DNA from: an uncultured Actinomycetes bacterium
Lineage (GTDB): Bacteria; Actinomycetota; Acidimicrobiia; Acidimicrobiales; Acidimicrobilacustridaceae
DNA: 24,000 nucleotides
NCBI GenBank assembly: GCA_963793025.1
Contig: CAWBYL010000001.1
Coordinates: 266,454 to 290,453, forward strand
Reading direction: 5' to 3'
The notes beneath the pieces are model-generated. The model was not told where the DNA came from and searched no databases. It saw only the letters and a list, made by a program, of their open reading frames with translations. Shown piece by piece: positions 7,683-16,086 of this stretch; the stretch's first letter is position 1, and each line of letters begins with the position of its first letter. The translations under genes were made by a program, and so were the position numbers.

Positions 7683-9908
7683 TCAGTCGGCGTGGCCGGG
7701 CAACACGCGATAGGCGTCGTAGATGCCGTCGATCTCCTTGATGGAGCCGAGCACCGAGTCGAGGTGGGAGGGATCACCGAGCTCGAAGTCGAAGCGCATC
7801 TTGGAGATGCGATCGGAGCCGGTGACGGTGTTGCACGACACGATGTTCACGTGCTGGTCGGCCAGCACCGCCGAGACGTCACGGAGCAGGCGGGAGCGGT
7901 CGAGGGCCTTGACCTCGATGGACGCCACGAAGACGCCACCGATGTCGGAGTCCCACTCCACGTCGATCAGCCGGTCCGACTGACCGACGGCCAGCGAGAC
8001 GGCGTTGGCGCAGTCGGCCCGGTGGACGGACACCCCACGGCCACGGGTGACGAATCCCATGATCTCGTCGCCCGGCACCGGCGTGCAGCACCGCGAGAGG
8101 CGCACCATGACGTCGTCGAGGCCCTCGACGTGCACCCCCGACGAGCTACCTCCGGCCTGGGTGGACCGTCGAGGGGCCCGCACCGTGGTCGGGAGCTGCT
8201 CCTCCCGACTGGGGTCGAGGGCCTCGAGGTAACGACGGACCCGCTCGGCCACGGCCTGGGCCGAGACCTGCTTGGAACCGACGGCGGCGTGGAGGGCGTC
8301 GAGGCTGGGGTACTTCATCGACTCGGCCACCTCCTCCAACGTCTTCGACTGCTGGATCCTCTGGACCGGGAGACCTTCGCGGCGCATGGCCTTGACGAGG
8401 TCCTCGGTGCCGTCCTCGATGGCGTCCTCCCGCCGAGCCTGGGAGTACCAGGTGCGGATCTTGTTGGCCGCCCGGTGGGTGACCACGAACTTGAGCCAAT
8501 CGCGCGACGGCCCGGAGCCGCCCACCTTCGACGTGAAGATCTCCACCGAATCGCCCGACTGCAGCTCGGAGTCCAGAGGGACGAGGCGGCCGTTGACCCG
8601 GGCCCCGATGCAGGAGTGACCGACCTCGGTGTGGATGGCGTACGCGAAGTCGACGGGCGTGGCCCCCTTGGCCAGGGTGATGACCTTGCCCTTCGGCGTG
8701 AAGACGAAGACCTCGTCCTGTTCGAGGTCGATCTTCAGGTTGGCCATGAACTCCGTCGGATCGGAGGTCTCCTGCTGCCAGTCGACGATGCGGTTCAGCC
8801 ACGCCAGGTCGGCGGTGCTGCCGTGGTTGTCCTTGTAGTTCCAGTGGGCGGCCACGCCGTACTCGGCCCGCTGGTGCATCTCGAGGGTGCGGATCTGCAC
8901 CTCGAGGGGCTTGCCCTGGGGCCCCACCACCGTCGTGTGCAACGACTGGTAGAGGTTGAACTTGGGCATGGCGATGTAGTCCTTGAAACGGCCCTGCACC
9001 GGCTTCCACGTGGCGTGGATGGAACCCAGCGCGGCGTAGCAGTCCTTCACCGTGTCGACGGTGACGCGGATGCCGATCAGGTCGAAGATGTCGTCGAAGT
9101 CGCGACCCTTCACGACCATCTTCTCGTAGATGCTCCAGAGGTGCTTCGGGCGCCCGGTGACGTCGGCGCTGATGCGCAGCTCGGTCAGCCGCTCCCGCAC
9201 GTCCTCCAGCACCTGGGTGAGGTAGATCTCGCGCTCCGGTGACCGGGTGGCGACCATGTGGTCGATCTCGGCGTAGCGCTTGGGGTGCAGCGAGGCGAAG
9301 GAGAGGTCCTCGAGCTGCTGCTTCATCTCCTGCATGCCGAGGCGGTGGGCCAGCGGCCCGTAGATGTCGAGCGTCTCCTGGGCGGTGCGCTCCTGCTTCC
9401 ACGCCGGCATGGCGGCGATGGTGCGCATGTTGTGGAGGCGGTCGGCGAGCTTGATGATCAGGACGCGGAGGTCCTTGGCCATGGAGACGAGCATCTTGCG
9501 GACGGTGGCCGCCTGCTGGGCCTCCTTGGAGTCGAACTTGATGCGGTCGAGCTTGGTGACGCCGTCGACGATGCGGGCCACGTCGTTGCCGAAGTCGACC
9601 TCGAGCTGCTCGAGGGTGGTGCCGGTGTCCTCCACGGCGTCGTGCAGGAGGGCGGCGGCGACGGTGACGTCGTCGAGGCCCAGTTCGGCGCAGATCTTGG
9701 CCACCGCCACTGGATGGGTGACGTAGGGCTCACCCGACTTGCGGTTCTGACCCGAGTGGGCCTGGGCGGCGAGGTCGTAGGCCCGCACGATGAGGGCGGT
9801 GGAGGCCCGTGGGTGGTGGACGTGGAACGCCTCGACGAGGGGCGCGACCTCCACCGACGGAGGCGCGCTGTGGCGCCGCCACGGGAGGACCCGGTCGACG
9901 GTGGCCAC
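7683..9908 (-). CDS. rel: Bifunctional (p)ppGpp synthetase/hydrolase, RelA/SpoT homologue (741 aa)
   Basis: Track ORF with a GTG start at 9908. It has the HD hydrolase motif (HPVAVA...LLHDAVEDT), a RelA/SpoT synthetase region (DLIGIRV, YQSLHTTV), TGS (FTPKG...LAKGATPVDFAYAIHTEVG) and a C-terminal ACT-like region. It starts 5 nt downstream of apt. Confidence 0.95.
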   Translation of the reverse strand: MATVDRVLPWRRHSAPPSVEVAPLVEAFHVHHPRASTALIVRAYDLAAQAHSGQNRKSGEPYVTHPVAVAKICAELGLDDVTVAAALLHDAVEDTGTTLEQLEVDFGNDVARIVDGVTKLDRIKFDSKEAQQAATVRKMLVSMAKDLRVLIIKLADRLHNMRTIAAMPAWKQERTAQETLDIYGPLAHRLGMQEMKQQLEDLSFASLHPKRYAEIDHMVATRSPEREIYLTQVLEDVRERLTELRISADVTGRPKHLWSIYEKMVVKGRDFDDIFDLIGIRVTVDTVKDCYAALGSIHATWKPVQGRFKDYIAMPKFNLYQSLHTTVVGPQGKPLEVQIRTLEMHQRAEYGVAAHWNYKDNHGSTADLAWLNRIVDWQQETSDPTEFMANLKIDLEQDEVFVFTPKGKVITLAKGATPVDFAYAIHTEVGHSCIGARVNGRLVPLDSELQSGDSVEIFTSKVGGSGPSRDWLKFVVTHRAANKIRTWYSQARREDAIEDGTEDLVKAMRREGLPVQRIQQSKTLEEVAESMKYPSLDALHAAVGSKQVSAQAVAERVRRYLEALDPSREEQLPTTVRAPRRSTQAGGSSSGVHVEGLDDVMVRLSRCCTPVPGDEIMGFVTRGRGVSVHRADCANAVSLAVGQSDRLIDVEWDSDIGGVFVASIEVKALDRSRLLRDVSAVLADQHVNIVSCNTVTGSDRISKMRFDFELGDPSHLDSVLGSIKEIDGIYDAYRVLPGHAD

Positions 9909-9913
9909 GAGGG

Positions 9914-10507
9914 CTAGTCCCTGACCCCGGGGGCCGAGGCCACCTCGGCGGAGGGCTCAGCGACCCCGTAGCTGGCCAGGGCCTCGATGGCGTAGCCGTC
10001 GATGGCCGAACGGCCACCGAGGAAGGCGAGCTCCATGACGAAGCCGAACCCGGCGACGGTACCTCCGAGCTTCTCGACCAGACGGGCGGTGGCGGCCGCC
10101 GTGCCGCCGGTGGCGAGGACATCGTCGATGATGAGGACCGACTCGCCGGGGTGCACGGCGTCGCGATGGATCTCGAGGAGATCGACGCCGTACTCGAGCA
10201 CGTACTCCTCGCGCTCGATGTCGAAGGGGAGCTTGCCCGCCTTGCGCACCGGCACGAACCCGGCCCCGAGGCGGTAGGCCACCGGAGCGGCGAACACGAA
10301 GCCCCGGGCTTCGACCCCGAGGACACGGTCGATGGGCCGGCCGGGCACGACGCACGACTCGATCAGCGCGTCGATCACCAGGGCGAAGCCCTCGGCATCG
10401 TTCAGCAGCGGGGTGATGTCCTTGAAGTCGACCCCGGGGCGCGGCCAGTCCGGGATCTCCCGCACCAGGCGGGTCACGGTCGCCGCCACGGCGGCCTGGG
10501 GCGTCAT
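9914..10507 (-). CDS. apt: Adenine phosphoribosyltransferase (197 aa)
   Basis: Track ORF. It shows IPDWPRPGVDFKDITPLL and the PRPP-binding motif VLIIDDVLATGGTA. Confidence 0.93.
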   Translation of the reverse strand: MTPQAAVAATVTRLVREIPDWPRPGVDFKDITPLLNDAEGFALVIDALIESCVVPGRPIDRVLGVEARGFVFAAPVAYRLGAGFVPVRKAGKLPFDIEREEYVLEYGVDLLEIHRDAVHPGESVLIIDDVLATGGTAAATARLVEKLGGTVAGFGFVMELAFLGGRSAIDGYAIEALASYGVAEPSAEVASAPGVRD

Positions 10508-10550
10508 GCGCCCACGGTACAGGCTGGAACCGACGGTCCGACCGACGTGG

Positions 10551-11720
10551 TCAGCGCTTGCGGCCCTTCTTGCGGGGGCGAGGCGGGATCACCGTCGAGG
10601 TCGGGGCCGGCCGGGTCGGGCGACCCTCGACGACGCCTTCGGCGGCACCGTCGTCGGCGGTCGTGGCTGCAACATCGGCCTCGTCGACCGCCGATGATCG
10701 GACCTCGACCGGGCTTGCCATCCGAGTGCCGCCGGGGGTGGCCTCGTGGCGGCCCACGGGGACGTCCACCGCGACGCCCTGGGCGATCAGCCGCTCTCGG
10801 ATCGCCTTGTTCTTCGGTTCACGCTCCTTGAGCATGACCAGCACCGGAGCGGCCACGAAGATCGACGAGTAGGCGCCCACGGTGAGGCCCACGGTGAGGG
10901 CGACCGAGAACTCCCGGAGGGTGATCGCCCCCATGATCCCGGCCCCCACGATGAGCATGGACAGCACCGGGATCAGCGAGGTGATGGTGGTGTTCAACGA
11001 GCGCAGCAGGACCTGGTTCATGGACAGCGTCGTCATCTGGGCGTAGGTCATGCGGCCGTTCTGGCCGACCAGGCGCTCGTTCTCCTTGATCTTGTCGTCG
11101 ACCACGATGGTGTCGTAGATCGAGTAGCCGAGGATGGTGAGGAAGGCGATCACCGTGCCCGGCGTGACCTCGAACTGGAAGACCGAGTACACGCCCACGC
11201 TGATGATGACGTCGTGGAACACAGCCACGATCGCCGCCACCGCCATGCGCAGCTCCAGGCGGACGGTCAGGTAGATGAGGATGGCGATGAAGAACAGGAC
11301 GAGGGCCCGGATGGCCGCCCGGGTGATGTCGTCGCCCCACGAGGCGCCGACGGTGGAGACGCTGACCTCGGACACGTCGGTCTGACCCAGGTCGGCCATG
11401 GTCTGGCGGACCTCCGCCTCGTGCTCGAGGGTGGCCTCGGGACCCTGGACGCGCAGCACGCTGCTGCCGACGATCTGGATCTTGGCTCCGCCCTCGCCGA
11501 CGGCGGCGAGGGCCGAACGGGCCTCGTCCACCGACACTCCCGAGGCCTGGACCTCCCAGGAGACCCCGCCCTCGAAGTCGATGCCGAGGTTCAGCCCCCG
11601 GAAGAAGAGGGAGCCCACCGAGATGAGCACGAGCACGGCGGACAGCGCGAGGGAGCGTCGCCACCACTTCATGAAGTCGATGTTGGTCTGGCCCCGGTTG
11701 AGCCGGCCGATCACGCTCAT
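10551..11720 (-). CDS. secF: Protein translocase subunit SecF (389 aa)
   Basis: This is the internal start at M159 of track ORF 10551..12194, i.e. ATG at 11720: MSVIGRLNRGQTNIDFMKWWRRSLALSAVLVLISVGSLFF...GIDFEGG. The ATG overlaps the secD stop as ATGA. The upstream 158 codons of the track ORF are His/Arg-rich out-of-frame secD sequence. The C-terminal tail is Pro/Arg/Lys-rich. Confidence 0.9.
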   Translation of the reverse strand: MSVIGRLNRGQTNIDFMKWWRRSLALSAVLVLISVGSLFFRGLNLGIDFEGGVSWEVQASGVSVDEARSALAAVGEGGAKIQIVGSSVLRVQGPEATLEHEAEVRQTMADLGQTDVSEVSVSTVGASWGDDITRAAIRALVLFFIAILIYLTVRLELRMAVAAIVAVFHDVIISVGVYSVFQFEVTPGTVIAFLTILGYSIYDTIVVDDKIKENERLVGQNGRMTYAQMTTLSMNQVLLRSLNTTITSLIPVLSMLIVGAGIMGAITLREFSVALTVGLTVGAYSSIFVAAPVLVMLKEREPKNKAIRERLIAQGVAVDVPVGRHEATPGGTRMASPVEVRSSAVDEADVAATTADDGAAEGVVEGRPTRPAPTSTVIPPRPRKKGRKR

Positions 11721-13432
11721 CGCGACGCTCCCGTGGTCGATGGACGCGAGGGCGGCGGTGCGCTCCCCGTCCGAGAGGTCTGGATCTTCTCCGCCGGCAG
11801 GCCGAGCAGGGACGGATGGGCGAGCAGCATCCGGGAGCGGGTGGCCAGCTTCACCACCGGGCGCATGTAGGCCCAGGAGGTGAGCAGGTCGAGCGCGGTG
11901 GAGAGGCCGAGGTAGAAGGCGAAGCCCCGAACCGGTCCGACGGTGATCCACCACAGCAGCCCGGCACCGATGAGGGAGGCCACGTCGGCCTTGACGATGG
12001 TGGAGAAGGCCGACACGAACGACTTGTCGGTGGCGCTGCGGATGCTGCGCCCGTCCTGGATGTCCTCTTTGAGGTGCTCGTAGTACACGACGTTGGAGTC
12101 GAGCGACACGCCGATGGACACGATGATGCCGGTGATGCCGGCGAGGGTGAGAGCCAGTCCGTTGTTGGTGCCGAGCCACGAGATGGTGGACCACAGCAGG
12201 GCGCCCTCGATGGCCAGCTTCACGATGGCGAAGAGTCCGAGCACCCGGTAGAAGGCCACCATGTAGATGGTGACGGCGATGAGCCCGACGAGGCCGGCCA
12301 CGAGTCCGGCCCGCAGGGCGTCCTCGCCCAGGGTGGCGGACACGATCTGGGCGGTCTGCTGCTCGAGCTCGACGGGCAGGGCGCCGTACTTCAGGGCGGT
12401 GGCCAGGTCCTTGGCCGAGCCCTCGTCGAAGCTGCCGCTGATCACGATGCCGTCAGCCGAGAACGAGGCCTGCTGGATCACGGGGGCCGAGATCACCCGA
12501 CCGTCGAGGACGATGGCCAGCTGGCCGGTGGGGCAGGTGGTCGAAGGCGGGTTGCACTGCCCGGCGGCGGCGTTGAACAAGTCGATGCCGTCGGAACCGC
12601 CCTTGAACACGGGGGCGACGGTCCACTGCCCCTGGGGGTTCAGCACGGCCCGGGCCGTGCTCAGCGCGCTACCGGTCAGCAGGCGGGGACCGACCTGGTA
12701 CGTGGTGACGAGCCTGCCCTTCTCGCACTCGGGGAGCAGGGCGGTCCCGGTGGGATTGAGCTGCTCGCTCGGCACCCCGGTGACGCAGTCGGCGTCGGTC
12801 AGCCCCTGAGGAGTCGCCGTCGCGTCGGGAGCGACGGTCGTGGTGGTGGAGGCGGCTGGATCGACGGTGGTGTCGGTGGTGCCCGTCGTGTCGGCCTGGG
12901 CCAGCTCCAGGCTGACGTCGCCGATCGTCGGCGTGGTGACGGACCCGCCGCCGGCAACTTCGCCGATGCCCAGCCCGAGGCCCTGCTCACCGGTACCGGC
13001 CACGGTGGTGGTCGTGGAGTCGGGACTGGTGGTGTCGGTGGTGTCGGGGCTGGTGGTGTCGGTGCTGACCGTGGCTCCGGCGGGGAGCGACGCCAGCACG
13101 GGCCGGAACTGCAGCTCAGCGGTCTGACCAACGAGGGCCAGGGCTCGGTCCTTGTCCTTCACGCCGGGGATCTGGATGAGGATGTTGTTGCCCTGCCGGG
13201 TGATCTCCGGCTCGGCCACGCCGAGGGCATCGACGCGCTGGCGGATGATTCGGATGGCCTGGTCGAGGGTGTCACTCTCGACCTCGCCCTTGGGCTGCAG
13301 CACCACCGAGACACCGCCCTGGAGGTCGAGCCCCAGCAGCGGCTTGTTGCCGGCGACGAGGGTGTAGGTCAGCGCCAGCACAGCCACGATCACCAGCACG
13401 ACGAGCGAGCCGAAGCCCTTCATGCGCTTCAC
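11717..13432 (-). CDS. secD: Protein translocase subunit SecD (571 aa) with a Thr/Asp-rich insertion in the periplasmic domain
   Basis: Track ORF with GTG at 13432 (alternative ATG at 13423). It shows an N-terminal TM, LGLDLQGGVSVVLQ, and C-terminal SecD/F membrane repeats. The GTG overlaps the yajC stop as GTGA. Confidence 0.92.
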   Translation of the reverse strand: MKRMKGFGSLVVLVIVAVLALTYTLVAGNKPLLGLDLQGGVSVVLQPKGEVESDTLDQAIRIIRQRVDALGVAEPEITRQGNNILIQIPGVKDKDRALALVGQTAELQFRPVLASLPAGATVSTDTTSPDTTDTTSPDSTTTTVAGTGEQGLGLGIGEVAGGGSVTTPTIGDVSLELAQADTTGTTDTTVDPAASTTTTVAPDATATPQGLTDADCVTGVPSEQLNPTGTALLPECEKGRLVTTYQVGPRLLTGSALSTARAVLNPQGQWTVAPVFKGGSDGIDLFNAAAGQCNPPSTTCPTGQLAIVLDGRVISAPVIQQASFSADGIVISGSFDEGSAKDLATALKYGALPVELEQQTAQIVSATLGEDALRAGLVAGLVGLIAVTIYMVAFYRVLGLFAIVKLAIEGALLWSTISWLGTNNGLALTLAGITGIIVSIGVSLDSNVVYYEHLKEDIQDGRSIRSATDKSFVSAFSTIVKADVASLIGAGLLWWITVGPVRGFAFYLGLSTALDLLTSWAYMRPVVKLATRSRMLLAHPSLLGLPAEKIQTSRTGSAPPPSRPSTTGASR

Positions 13433-13908
13433 CGGCCGTCCTCCGATCGCGCCTCGGCGTCGGTCAGGTCGACGCCGGCGTCGGCTTCGTCGTCGGCTCC
13501 GATGTCGCCGTCGACGTCGGTGCCGCCGTGGGCGTCGCTGTCCGCCTCTGGGTCGGTCTCGACCTCGGCGACGTTCGCCGGAGCGGCGTCACGGATGTCG
13601 AGCGCCGGCTCGGACGCGTCGTGACCGTCGTCCGCAGTCCCGCCGGCGTCGCCGACGAGGTCGAGAGCCACCTTGGAGGCCACCGCCCGGCGCGCCACCT
13701 TGATGGTGACGCCAGGGGCGATCTCCAGCCACACGGTGTCGTCGGTGACCTCGGTCAGGATGCCGTAGACGCCGGCGCCGATCATCACGTCGTCGCCCAC
13801 CTCCAACGAGGCCACCAACTCGTTGTGGCGCTTGAGCTCGCGTTGCTTGGGGCGGATCAACAGGGCCCACATGGCGCCGAAGAAGATGACGATGAGCAGG
13901 ATGGCCAT
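13429..13908 (-). CDS. yajC: Preprotein translocase subunit YajC (159 aa) with a long acidic C-terminal tail
   Basis: This is the internal ATG (13908) of track ORF 13429..13998: MAILLIVIFFGAMWALLIRPKQRELKRHNELVASLEVGDDVMIGAGVYGILTEV. That is the canonical YajC TM plus the RPQ/KQR-K motif and the G-I-x-G fold. It is followed by about 70 aa rich in D, E, A and G. Confidence 0.88.
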   Translation of the reverse strand: MAILLIVIFFGAMWALLIRPKQRELKRHNELVASLEVGDDVMIGAGVYGILTEVTDDTVWLEIAPGVTIKVARRAVASKVALDLVGDAGGTADDGHDASEPALDIRDAAPANVAEVETDPEADSDAHGGTDVDGDIGADDEADAGVDLTDAEARSEDGR

Positions 13909-14035
13909 GGGTGCGGAACTCGGTCGCTCGGAGGTGGTTCGGACGGCAAACCCGGCCACGTTACCGCTTGTGCACCGGTGTCCCGGGGCACCGACCACAC
14001 CACCTGACCGGAAGATGAACGAGTGGTGTCGGGGT

Positions 14036-15166
14036 TCAGGCCCACGCCTCCGCCACCGACCGACGAAAGCCGTCGTAGGTCCCGGCGGCGATGGCCACTC
14101 GGGCCCGGTCGATGAGCCCCAGCAGCCAGTGCACGTTGTGGATCGTGGTGAGGCGGGCCACGGTCGGCTCCTGCACCATCAGCAGGTGGCGCAGGTACGC
14201 CCGGGACCAACGGGCGCAGGTCGAGCAGGTGCAGCCGGGCTCGAGGGGCTCGGGGTCGCGAGCCCACTGGGCGTTGCGGAGGTTCAGGCGGCCCTGGGTG
14301 GTCAGGATGGTGCCGTGGCGGGCCAGGCGGGTGGGCAGCACACAGTCGAACATGTCGATCCCGAGGGCGACGGACTCCACGATGCTCACCGGGTCCCCGA
14401 CCCCCATGAGGTACCGGGGCTGGTCGTTGGGCAGCTCGGCGGTGGTGGCGGCGAGGGCGGGCAGCATCTCGTCGCGGGTCTCACCCACCGAGAGTCCGCC
14501 GATGCCGTAACCGTCGAAGTCGAGCTCGACGGTGCGACGCGTGCTCTGCACCCTCAGGTCGACGTCGATCCCGCCCTGCACGATCCCGAACTGCGCCTGC
14601 GTCGACCCCTCGGACCGAGCCGGAGCGTGGGCCGCCTTGGCCCGTCGCGCCCACAACGCCGTGCGGTCGACGGCGGCCTGGATCACCGACCTCTCCGACG
14701 GGAGCGGGGGGCACACGTCCAACACCATCTGGATGTCGCTCCCCAACGCCTGCTGGATGGCCACGCTGCCCTCGGGGGTGAGGTGGTGGGTACCGCCGTC
14801 GTAGGTGCTGCGGAAGGTTGCGCCCTCGTCGGTGACCTTCGGCTCCAGCGAGAAGACCTGGTAGCCGCCGGAATCGGTCAGGACGTGGCCCTTCCAGTCG
14901 GCGAAGCCGTGGAGGCCGCCCAGCTCGGCGATGAGGTCGGCTCCCGGCTTGAGCATCAGGTGGTAGGTGTTGCCCAGGATCACCTCGGCGCCGAGGTCCT
15001 CGAGGTCGGCCGAGGAGAGCGTGCGCACCACGGCCCGGGTGCCCACCGGCATGAAGCACGGTGTGCGGAACGTTCCCCGGGCGGTCGTGACCATACCGGT
15101 GCGCGCCGCGCCGTCGGTGGCCGACGGCGAGAAGCGCAGGACGTGGTCGGGGTCGTCGGATGTCAC
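14036..15166 (-). CDS. tgt: Queuine tRNA-ribosyltransferase (tRNA-guanine transglycosylase, 376 aa)
   Basis: Track ORF with a GTG start at 15166. It shows FMPVGT, LGNTYHL, LTDSGGYQVFS, GIGGLSVGE and the zinc motif CTCSTCARWSRAYLRHL. Confidence 0.95.
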   Translation of the reverse strand: MTSDDPDHVLRFSPSATDGAARTGMVTTARGTFRTPCFMPVGTRAVVRTLSSADLEDLGAEVILGNTYHLMLKPGADLIAELGGLHGFADWKGHVLTDSGGYQVFSLEPKVTDEGATFRSTYDGGTHHLTPEGSVAIQQALGSDIQMVLDVCPPLPSERSVIQAAVDRTALWARRAKAAHAPARSEGSTQAQFGIVQGGIDVDLRVQSTRRTVELDFDGYGIGGLSVGETRDEMLPALAATTAELPNDQPRYLMGVGDPVSIVESVALGIDMFDCVLPTRLARHGTILTTQGRLNLRNAQWARDPEPLEPGCTCSTCARWSRAYLRHLLMVQEPTVARLTTIHNVHWLLGLIDRARVAIAAGTYDGFRRSVAEAWA

Positions 15167-15220
15167 GGGCGGGCAATCTAGGCCGGACCAACGCGGCCGT
15201 CGGTGAGGGAGCGTCCCGGA

Positions 15221-16027
15221 TCAGGTGGCGAGGGTGCCGCCGTAGATCTGCCAGGCGAGGGCGCTCTTGGCCACCAGGCTGAGCACCACGTACACCTTCT
15301 CGCCATACAGATAGTCGGCGAAGCGTCCCTTGCCCCGATACTGCAGCCACTGGTTGAGGGCGAAGCAGTTGAAGAGCAGGAACAGCGTCACGAAGATCAC
15401 GTAGACGAAGGTCGGAACTCCTTCGCCCTCGCTGTTGGTCTGCGAGGTGACGAGGGCGATGGTGATCACGATCCAGGGCACCGCGCCGGCGATGCACCCG
15501 AACACGAACGGCCACCAGTTCACGCGGTCCCGAGTGCGGTTGACCTGCTCCATCACCAGCCCGAACAGGATCATCGAGGCGTTGACCCCGAAGAGGGCGA
15601 TGACGGCGTACAAGTTGGTGATCCCGGTGAGCAGACCGATCAGCACGATCATCAGGGAGGCGCTCACCGAGTACTCGACCCAGCGGGCCACGTTGAGCCC
15701 CCGCAGGAGGTTGGCCTCGTACCACCCCCGGACGCCGGGCGCGGCGACCAGCAGGTGGTCGGCGGCGGCGAGGAACAGGAACACGGCGATGCCGAGGGGC
15801 AGGCTGAAGTCGAAGAACGTCGTCGTCACCGTGAGCGGGGAGCCCGGCGGTCCGGTCTGCACGGCGGCCACGATCGGGATGGCGAACGAGGCACTGATGA
15901 CGAGGATGACCACGCCCTGGACGAGATGAGCCAGGCCGACCCCGAGGTTCCAGACGCGGAGGTTGTCGAGGCGATCGCGCTGGTCCGGGGTCGGATCGAC
16001 GGCAGCTTCGTCGTCAGGTGTCACCAC
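15221..16027 (-). CDS. Heliorhodopsin (7-TM retinal-binding protein, inverted topology; 268 aa)
   Basis: Track ORF with a GTG start at 16027. Seven hydrophobic helices are visible. Several blocks match what I recall of heliorhodopsin 48C12:
- RWVEYSVSASLMIVLI (48C12: RWVEYSLSSSVMIVLI)
- FGVNASMILFG
- FGCIAGAVPW
- FALNQWLQYRGKG
- VLSLVAKSALAWQIYGGTL (48C12: VLSLVAKSALAWQIFSGTL)

The candidate Schiff-base Lys is K254 (codon 15266-15268). The counterion-position Glu is E118 (15674-15676). His residues sit at 34 and 91. K/R cluster in the N-terminus and in loops 2-3, 4-5 and 6-7, which implies N-terminus in and C-terminus out. Confidence 0.9.
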   Translation of the reverse strand: MVTPDDEAAVDPTPDQRDRLDNLRVWNLGVGLAHLVQGVVILVISASFAIPIVAAVQTGPPGSPLTVTTTFFDFSLPLGIAVFLFLAAADHLLVAAPGVRGWYEANLLRGLNVARWVEYSVSASLMIVLIGLLTGITNLYAVIALFGVNASMILFGLVMEQVNRTRDRVNWWPFVFGCIAGAVPWIVITIALVTSQTNSEGEGVPTFVYVIFVTLFLLFNCFALNQWLQYRGKGRFADYLYGEKVYVVLSLVAKSALAWQIYGGTLAT

Positions 16028-16086
16028 GGGACTCGACCGTAGGTCCGTCTCGGGAGCCGATGTCGGGTCGAGGGGCCAGCAGTCGG

